DNA of 45,527 nt, from contig NC_068990.1 of the NCBI RefSeq assembly GCF_001194135.2, forward strand, positions 46,887,213 through 46,932,739, read 5' to 3'. The position numbers were made by a program, and so were the translations under genes. Below the pieces are notes generated by a model. That model searched no databases and was not told where the DNA came from. It was given only the letters and a program-made list of their open reading frames with translations. Of the stretch, positions 36,990-45,527 are shown in pieces (position 1 is the first letter of the stretch; each line of letters begins with the position of its first letter). This DNA is from Octopus bimaculoides (Eukaryota).

Positions 36990-37021
<32 letters not shown>

Positions 37022-37094
37022 TCGTTCTCTTTATTGCTCTCTCTTTATTTCTTTCCCTCTCTTTCATCTCCTAATCAATCACACATACTCCCTA

Positions 37095-37151
37095 TCTCTC
37101 CTTCCTCCCTGTCTCTCCTTCCTCCCTGTCTCTCCTTTCTCCCTGTCTCTC
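37095..37151. repeat. 17-nt minisatellite, about 3 copies (TCTCTCCTTCCTCCCTG)
   Basis: Direct reading. Confidence 0.8.
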
Positions 37152-37785
37152 AAATTATATTCTTTACAATCCAAGATAAGGAACAGATATGCTAAAACCT
37201 ACATAATACCATTCATTAATCAACATATCTCAGTATATAGAAAACTGGAAGTGGTTCTATGCCCACACCGTGAACCACCCAAAATCATTGTTGTCTGTTG
37301 TACTCGTGACGTGCATACAATCACATAGTGTATGTACACTATGCATTCTCTCCTCAATATCTTATGTTCTATATAAGTTTATTTGTCTATATGTGTATAT
37401 AAATATCTGTATGCTTGTACGTATGTGTTTATCTTTCGAATATATTTAGTCATATGAATCTATATCTCTCTCTATAAATACCTATGTGCATCTATATGTG
37501 TATATGTATAAACACATGTCCATATATATATCATTCCTAATCGTGTGTGTCTCCACCATTATCACCATATTGGCTCACCTGGATTTCTCTTACCGCCACT
37601 CTTCACCCTGAGGTCCTACTTCTCGATTAAGATTTCGGACTTTCAGTTCAAATCATTTGAGCACTGCTACGTGTTTTCTATATTAAGCATCTCTAGCTCG
37701 CACCTTTTGACTCTAAATACATACATACATGTATGCATACATGCACGCAAGCACACACACACGCGCGCGCACACACATATTTTTA

Positions 37786-37980
37786 TTCTTTTACATGTTC
37801 CATTCATTTGACTGCAGCCATGCAGTGAAAGAAATCGACCCCAGGACTTATTCTTTGTACGCCTAGCCCTTATTCTATCGGTCTCTTTTGCCGAACTGCT
37901 AAGTTACGGCGGCGTAAACACACCAACATCGGTTGTTAAATGATGGGGGGACCAAAGACAGACACAAAGACACACTCACA
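37786..37980 (-). mobile_element. Family A SINE 3' half
   Basis: ATCGACCCCAGGACTTATTCTTTGT..TTATTCTATCGGTCTCTTTTGCCGAAC..CTAAGTTACG is the reverse complement of 26795-26875. Confidence 0.85.
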
Positions 37981-38577
37981 TAAGCATATATATGCACCAA
38001 AATACATATATGCGCATATATACATATATGCATAAATATACATACGTTCGAATGTAAAATATTTTTGGTTCAATACAGTGAAATAGTTTTTCCATACATC
38101 ACCTGGATGCACCTGGAGACATCAAAGAGAAAGGAAAGAAAGAGAAAGAAAGAAAGAAACGAAAATAGGGGAATGAGTAAAAAAGAGAAAGGGAAAACAC
38201 GAAGTAGAGAGAAAGAGAGAAAGGTCTACATTATTAGAGAGAGTGAGGGGGAGGGAAAAGGCCTACATTATTCTACATTTGCAGCTAGAATCGAAATATT
38301 CAATATAATAAAATAGTGTCATGAAAATCTATAACTTTACGCTTTAAAAGATCGATAGATAGTTAAATCAAAGTAGAATAACTTTAGCAAATAGCTGTGG
38401 ATGTTACATTTTTATCATTTGCGTGTTCCAGACCAAAATCTGTGATGGCTAATATTCATTGTTTTTTCTTGTTAGATTTAAATACTTACCGGTATTATGA
38501 AAATAAACAAATACATACATGGACAGAAGGGAAAGTAGACATGATAGCTATTTAGACAGACGGATGATACGTTGCTA

Positions 38578-38716
38578 GGTAGGTAGATAGGTAGGTAGGT
38601 AGGTAGGTAGGTAGGTTGGTAGGTAGGTAGGTAGGTAGGTAGGTAGGTAGGTAGGTAGGTAGGCAGGTAGGTAGGCAGGCAGGTAGGTAGGTAGGTAGGT
38701 AGGTAGGTAGGTAGGT
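38578..38716. repeat. (AGGT)n tetranucleotide array
   Basis: Direct reading. Confidence 0.95.
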
Positions 38717-38941
38717 ATATCAATAGCTATGAAAACTGAGAAACATATATCAATAGATGTACAAATAGATCGCTGAAGTGAAATGAAAAGAAATGAAAAT
38801 AATCTCAATTGGTAAATGTCTATCCTTATACCTTACTTATTGTCAGAGAGCGGGACAGCTTTACAGGGAACTAAACTCGATCCAAAATAAAAGGAAGGTT
38901 GGAGTCACTTGAAGCCAGCTTCATGCTCGGTATTAGGAAGA

Positions 38942-38944
<3 letters not shown>

Positions 38945-39021
<77 letters not shown>
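38945..39021. repeat. (TAA)n microsatellite
   Basis: Direct reading. Confidence 0.95.
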
Positions 39022-39024
<3 letters not shown>

Positions 39025-39345
39025 GATAGGAAAGTTATGGGGCATGAGGAAAGTAATGGTGATACTGATGGTAATTGGAGCATTAGGAGCAGTTTCCGAG
39101 GGCTTTGAAAAACATATTAAGAATATTGGAGTTACTGTCAGGCTCGAAGTGATCCAGAAGACAGCATTGTTGGGTACAGCTTGCATTCTAAGGAGAGTAT
39201 TGTCTCTTTGAATCACAGGAGAACGCACTACTTGAAACCTTTGATGATTTGTTATTGCCTGCTTTCAAGTAAAGAACAAGCGGTAATTAAGAACTATCCG
39301 TGAGTCTTTCAGAATAACAACAAAAACAACAACAACAATAATAAT
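39022..39345 (+). mobile_element. R4/Dong extreme 3' fragment (different subfamily)
   Basis: IGKLWGMRKVMVILMVIGALGAVS..IQKTALLGTACILRRVL*, short 3' UTR and CAA/TAA tail. Confidence 0.85.
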
Positions 39346-39417
39346 GATGATGAGGATGATTTCTTTTAATTGCCACCAGGGCGAATGATGAGGGGGACAA
39401 TACAAAGACAGACGAAC

Positions 39418-40190
39418 TAGATAGGATACAACACACACAAATGAAAGAGAAAATAAAGAAAGAATACTATAGACGTGTTAAATTAATAATGAAAACAGAG
39501 CTCAATGTGAAAAACAAGATAATAGGTATCAACACACTAGCCGTCCCAGTTACATGTTACAGCTACAATATCCTTAACTGGACACTAAATGAACTAATCA
39601 AAATAGACAGGAAAACGAGAAAAATAATGACAGCACCACCCAAAATCTGACATAGAAAGGTTATATATACAACATATAGAAGATGGTAGAGGCCTTATAC
39701 ATCTAGAAAACTATTACAAAATAACCATCATAGGAATTCAAAAATGTCTACTTCAAAAGCAAGGGAAACTAATGCAAATAACCACAAAACACGAACAAAA
39801 CAAAAAACTGTTTTCAGTCTTTAAGGAAGCTGACAAACAGAAACAAGAAGCCATACTACTTAAAAACCATGAAAAAAAAAGCAAAAAATAACAAAAGCTG
39901 TAAAACAAATGAAATCCAAACTAAAACTGGAACAGCAACGGATCATGATAAAACGACGGCAAGAAAAGCCCCTTCATAGCAAATACTCGGTTAAACTAAA
40001 TGCAAAAGAAACAGACAAAGCAAAATCCCAACAATGGCTGAGAAGCTCAAGACTCAAAGCAGAGACTGAAAGATTTTTAATTGCAGCACAAGACTAAAGC
40101 CTCCCCCACCATAAATTACTAAAACCATATAATGCAAAGAAACATAACATGTAACTTCAGAATATGTGGCGATGGACAAGAAACAATAAC
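39418..40190 (+). mobile_element. R4/Dong internal fragment (post-RT region to zinc knuckle)
   Basis: MKEKIKKEYYRRVKLIMKTELN..INTLAVPV.YSY..DRKTRK; QQWLRSSRLKAETERFLIAAQD; (C)RICGDGQETI. Confidence 0.9.
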
Positions 40191-40600
40191 TGCAGAGAGT
40201 GGCGGAGTCGGAGACTTGCAATCCTCTGGTTCTAGATCATAACAGACCGGACCCATTGGTGGTCGACAAGCTGCACCACATGTGCTATATAGTTGATGTT
40301 GCATGCCCCTATGACCCACGAATAGTCAAAAAGGAAGGCGAGAAAAAAAATAGAGAAATACAACCCTCTTAAGTACGAAATAGCCAGACTGTGGAAAATG
40401 AAGGTGAAGATAATGCCAATTATTGTTGAGTCCTTGGGGACAGTATCAGAAGGCATATAAAGAGAATCGGAATAGAGTACCCAGTAGAACTGTTACAAAA
40501 GGCTTGCCTCCTTGTGACGGCCAGAATAATCGGGAAGATATTAGATAGTTGAAAAGAGCAGATAGAATGGTACCTGAGATAACAAGAAATAGTAATAATA
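40191..40600 (+). mobile_element. R4/Dong 3' fragment (endonuclease domain) of another subfamily
   Basis: DHNRPD..VVDK..CYIVDVACPYD..KKEGEK..KYNPLKYEIARLW..LQKACLL; ends in (TAA)n. Confidence 0.85.
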
Positions 40601-40615
40601 ATAATAATAATAATG

Positions 40616-40663
<48 letters not shown>

Positions 40664-40832
40664 GTAATAACAATAACAATAATGATAAGAAGAAGAAGAG
40701 GAGGAGGAGGCGGAGGAGAAGAAGAAGAAGAAGAAGAAGAAGAAGAGGAGGAGGAGAAGGAGGAGGAGAAGAAGAAGAAGAAGAAGAAGAAGAAGAAGAA
40801 GAAGAAGAAGAAGAAGAAGAAGAAGAAGAAGA
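40590..40832. repeat. (AAT)n(AAG)n(GAG)n(GAA)n compound array
   Basis: Direct reading. Confidence 0.95.
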
Positions 40833-41275
40833 AAAACTGAGGCTACACCGCCGTTACCCTTACTTCCACAGTCACGCCTTTCAACATAATTAGAGGTTTT
40901 ATAACAATATATAGGGATATAACGATATTACTGTTCTGGTAAAACGAAGCTAAGCCTATTCTAAGATTTAAATGCTTATAATGTAAAATGAAAGCATTTA
41001 AACTGTAATTATTGTTATGGTATTAAGATATAAGAGTCGGAAAAAAAACGTGATTCAGTATAAAAGCTGGTAAAAAACATGAGAAAGATATTTCAATGAT
41101 TGAATGTGTAAAGGAAAGTGAAAAACAAAAGAAATAGCAAAGACGGTGGGGAGAGTTGAAAAGAAGATAGAAGATGAAAAGTGATAAAAAAGAAAAAGCA
41201 ACAAGCAGGAAAGAAAGAAGTAACAAGTAATATGCGGCAACATTATAATATCGTGAACTTAGTATAATATTAGAT

Positions 41276-41400
41276 CAGAGGTAGGCAACAGATTGGCCAT
41301 TAATGTGATCCCTGTAGGCCTCCAAGTATATTTAAATAACAATTTTTCAAATTTAATATATGTGGGGTCCATTTAGCAATTAATGGCTTTTAGATAATCT
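41276..41400. mobile_element. Possible hAT MITE left end
   Basis: CAGAGGTAGGCAAC resembles the TIR at 19416/19682, with an internal GGGGTCCAT as in 27066-27301. No right end seen. Confidence 0.3.
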
Positions 41401-41576
41401 TCTTTGTTTTTGTTTATTATCATGAAGATTATTGTTTATTATCATGAAAATTTCAAGTTATGGAAATGGAAGGATACTCGATATTTTGATAAACAGGATG
41501 TGAGATACGGTTAAGTGTAAAAAAATAAAAAATCCAAAGCAGAAAATTACAAAAAGTAGCTGAATCATTACATTAG

Positions 41577-41711
41577 NNNNNNNNNNNNNNNNNNNNNNNN
41601 NNNNNNNNNNNNNNNNNNNNNNNNNNNNNNNNNNNNNNNNNNNNNNNNNNNNNNNNNNNNNNNNNNNNNNNNNNNNNNNNNNNNNNNNNNNNNNNNNTAT
41701 ATATATATACA

Positions 41712-41747
<36 letters not shown>

Positions 41748-41998
41748 TGTAGGTAGGTAGGTAGGTAGGTAGGTAGGTAGGTAGGTAAGTAGGTAGGTAG
41801 GTATGTGGGTAGATTTCTATGCAAAGCGTGGTGTAAAAAGCGGGCGTTTATGAGGGAGATTTTTAAAAGTAAAAGAAGCATAAAATAAGAAGAGCTAGAA
41901 ATGAATTCATTAATGTAAACGAGATCGAGAGAAATATAGTCATACATACATACATACATACATACATACATACATACATACATACATGCATGCATACA
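41577..41998. repeat. Gap (N 41577-41697), then (TATG)n(TAGG)n and (CATA)n
   Basis: Direct reading. Confidence 0.9.
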
Positions 41999-44319
41999 TT
42001 TGTAATTATGTAACAACTCATCTTCACATTACCCAAATTTTCATGGGTAGAATACATCCAGATCATCAGATATTCGGAGTCCTTGTGGTGGGAATTTAAA
42101 AACAAAAATGTTTTAAATGGATTCTAGGTGAGAGTATTAGACCTCCATTTGTCAGTTCAGTTTACGTGGATTTTTAACTTTCTCAACGACTGGAGTTCTT
42201 TGATTGCATACTCCTCGTAGTAAATCATACAGGTCTTTTGCGTTAAGTTGGTCGACATTGTGTGGAGTGTGATAAATCAGCGACAGCAGTTACCACGAGC
42301 ATAGATAACTAGTTTAGTGATGATATCCAGTTACGTATAAAATTCACAAAGCTTGGCTACAATTTTTGTGAGTAGTAGTAGAATATCTGTCCTGCGCCCT
42401 CGAAACTTAGAGAAATGTAGAGCTAAATCAACCTGTTATTAGATTCAGCTCCAACTAAATGTGTTGGAGTTTCCTTTGTTCATCCACTTTTATATATATA
42501 CTTATGTGTGTGTTTCTGTGTATGTATGTGAGTATGTATGCCTATAAACCTAAGAGTGCGAGAGAGAGAGTCACATTGAGATGATGAAGGAGAAACAAAT
42601 AATGCAATAAGCTTGAGATCCTGATATATTTATCGAGTCTAGAGAGAACAACTTCAAATAAAGTGAGATGCTATATAAACTCAATGAACAAGAACGATTC
42701 AAGTATATTTTCTTAAAAATCTACGAGAAAAATAGAAGCCAGTCTATTCAATAGTGTGAAACTCCCTCCCGAGTTAACTGCTTGCCATTGAGATAAGAAT
42801 TTGGGTTGGAAGTAAGAACTTTAAATATTCATATAAAACTTCAAGGAACTTTCCAAAACAATCGAAGAATGTCTATGTAGTTCTGGTTTTAGTATTTACA
42901 GTATTTGCAAATAAAATTTCACAGAATGAACTTCTTTTTTTAATGACACTGAAATAAGTTAATTTCTAGACTTCAACCAGAGAGGGAAAGATGACGAACG
43001 TGTTATTAGTGCACAAATAACAGGATTCATCTCATCTAGAATATTGTTTGGCGATCCGACCATTCACCAGAGAAACTTTAAGTCCGTGGTGTTTTTTTTT
43101 TTTTTAATTTTTCAGTCTTTATGGAGAATTTTCTCAGAATACCTAAAAAATATTGTTTATACTTTCTCCAAAAATACGTTCTGCTAAGCATGAATAGAAT
43201 GTTCATAGTTGTCGGCCATTTACGCCCGAGCGAAATGTATCAACTTATGGCTGAGACATTTGCCGTTAAGTGGACTGTCATTTAAAATTGATTTGATGGA
43301 AGTTTGTTTTAGCAATCTCTTCTGCTGACGCTATTAACCAGTTTCTTAAGACATTTGTTACTGTTGTAACTGACTTTTAAAGAATTATTGTTAAAGATTT
43401 TGTTATGCGTGTAACGGGCTAGAAAAGTGCCTCTGCATAAGTTTTAGAAAAAATTTGCGATATTGGATCTTAGTCTATCGAGGGTTAAAAAGGATATTAG
43501 GGCTCGTGTGATATTTTATGTCAATGTGAGGCGTTATGTTTTACTCGTGAAAAACACTCTTTTTTAAAGGTTGTTTTAGTGGGAAGATACAAGGTTAAAC
43601 AAAATCTTCCTCCGAAGAAATGTTAGAAATTAACAACTACATTCATTATAAAATTCTTCCAGGCTATGGAAGAGTAACTGGAGATCGTATCGAAATTTAC
43701 TTAGTTTTTGAGATATAAATGCATGCTGTTCTAGTTACTCTTGTCGTTGCTGTTTTGGCTTGGTAAGCCATAATAGAGCGAACTTATAATAAAATGCGAT
43801 TCAGCAGTGATCACCCCACATTTAATTCAGGCACAGGAGTACATAATCCAATATGTCTTTTTTGTTTATTTTTTAATAGGTGATAGATTTGGTTGCTATT
43901 TCTGGGTGCTCAGAAGACCAATTAGAGCTTCCCACATTAGCTCTTATAAATACATAACCTACATGTATACAACAATAAAATGAAAAAAGAAAAATAGTTA
44001 AGAAATGTCAGCTTGAGGAAATTACTTAATAGACATGTCAGTTAATAAAATATTTAGTTTGAGGGTGAGGCAGCACAACGTATAATGAGTCACTTAATTT
44101 TTTTAAATAAGTTGATAATTAGAAAGTACCTCATTATGGTTGTTAGTGTCACAATCAGTTTATTTAGATAACAAAAGTGATTGCTGCAGACAACTAGTTG
44201 CATTGCAATTACTGTTGCGAGTACAACAGCTTTGATATGGAACGGTGAAACTAGTTTTTCGTTTTCTCAAAAAGTAATGTTTTGGACTTACGACACTTTT
44301 GCTTAATAGCAACGATATA

Positions 44320-44889
44320 CGAGGTTTGATCAATAAGTATCCAGACTGTTACCATAGTAACGAAGCTAAAGCACGCAGAGTGAAGCCGCTTAGCACAGAT
44401 TGACCTTAAATCTGCTATGCATGCGCACTATGTCTTAACCTTCTAGCTCACATCCGTTGTTTACAGTAGTGTTTCGAAGGAAGGTGTGTAGCATGTGATC
44501 ATCGCATTGACCATGACAGAAAGTTGTCATGGCGATACCTGCTCAGAGGCCTACACAAAGTTGCAGAAAATGCATGGAGAGGAGTGTATGAACCGCACTT
44601 AAGTGTACGAGTGGTTCAGACATTTCCGAGATGACCCCAAACTGAGAAAACATCGCAGATGTGCGTGCAGCTGTGAAGGGAAATCGTCGAATCACCATCC
44701 GTGAGTTATCAGAGAATGTGCAGATTAGTTATGGTTCAGTTCAGTTCATTATCTCTGAAGATTTGGGTATGAGACACGTGTCTGCCAAGTGTTTGCCAAA
44801 ACTGCTTTCAGCTGACCAAAAAGGCGCTCGAGTTTCAGTTGCACAAGATCTTTTTGATTGCATCGAGAACGATGAAAATCTTTTGAAAC
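44320..44889 (+). mobile_element. Mariner 5' half with internally deleted transposase
   Basis: TA-CGAGGTTTGATCAATAAGTATCC terminus. TCSEAYTKLQK, VYEWF.HF, NRRITIRELSENVQISYGSV..LGMRHVSAKCLPKLLS.DQK..RVSVAQDL. Confidence 0.9.
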
Positions 44890-45158
44890 CTTTGCGTAGG
44901 CCTCTGAGCAGGTATGGCCAAGCTTTTGGCAAAATTTGAGGCAGATTCCCTGCTCAACTTTCTCTGTCATGGTCAATGCGACGATTACACGCTACACACC
45001 TTCCTTCCAAGTACTGCTGTAAACAGCGGAAGTGAGCTAGAACATTAAAACTTAATGCGAATGCACAGCAGAGTTCACGGTCAATCTGTGCCAAGCAGCT
45101 TCACTTTGCATGCTTCAGCTTCATTACTATAGCAACAATCCAGATACTTATTGATCGA
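44890..45158 (-). mobile_element. Second, inverted 5' end of the same mariner family
   Basis: Reverse complement matches 44326-44560. Encodes MTEKVEQGICLKFCQKLGHTCSEAYAK. Confidence 0.9.
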
Positions 45159-45397
45159 TTGGGGATATTCTTCATTTCTATATTTTTACTTTTCTATCTC
45201 CGTTAACGGAATACTTTGCTAACATGGAATTGTTTGCTCAGTAACAGGATCCACATGCTCAGCTATTCCAGAAACAGCTGTAAGAAACTTTATTTATTAC
45301 AACTACTCTTAATTCAATTTTCTGGAGTGATGCCAAATGTTTTGTTCATTTTCTATTTTAATGAATATATACATGCATATATATACTATATAATATT

Positions 45398-45426
45398 ATG
45401 TGTGTGTGTGTGTGTGTGTGTGTGTT

Positions 45427-45472
<46 letters not shown>

Positions 45473-45520
45473 TGTATGTGTTTGTGTGTGTGTATGTGTG
45501 TGTGTGTGTGTGTGTGAGCG
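45398..45520. repeat. (GT)n-rich tract
   Basis: Direct reading. Confidence 0.95.
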
Positions 45521-45527
45521 TAAGTGT

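Noticed and set aside
42150-42290. Protein-like minus frame VDQLNAKDLYDLLRGVCNQRTPVVEK
   Set aside because: Bounded by stops, with no AG acceptor or ATG in frame. A tBLASTn or RNA-seq hit would be needed.
43478-43490. piggyBac-like right end AGGG-TTAA (also near 14180)
   Set aside because: No matching TTAA-CCCT left end found nearby.

Overview
AT-rich, repeat-dominated eukaryotic genomic DNA from a draft assembly, with nine N-gaps that mostly sit next to microsatellites. The SINE and repeat families and the extreme microsatellite load suggest an octopod cephalopod (inference from recalled repeat families, no database search). I found no intact host protein-coding exon that I can support. Most ORF-track entries are artefacts of microsatellites or N-runs. 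Recognisable coding remnants are all transposon-derived. (1) Six + strand R4/Dong-clade non-LTR fragments (RT, CCHC knuckle, restriction-like endonuclease), plus one isolated 3' terminus, form two clusters tied to (TAA)n tracts. (2) A near full-length decayed Penelope-like element (RT plus GIY-YIG) has an inverted terminal repeat carrying a decayed minimal hammerhead ribozyme, and is interrupted by a hAT MITE. (3) There is a Helitron 3' remnant with helicase C-terminus and terminal hairpin. (4) There are two mariner relics, one a fold-back made of two 5' ends. (5) There are several tRNA-derived SINEs, one with a perfect 12-bp TSD, and several hAT-type MITEs with 8-bp TA-centred TSDs. The best leads are the PLE/hammerhead/Dong pile-up at 15.2-22.7 kb and the fold-back mariner at 44.3-45.2 kb. 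These are variants of known element classes; I did not find a clearly new biological system.
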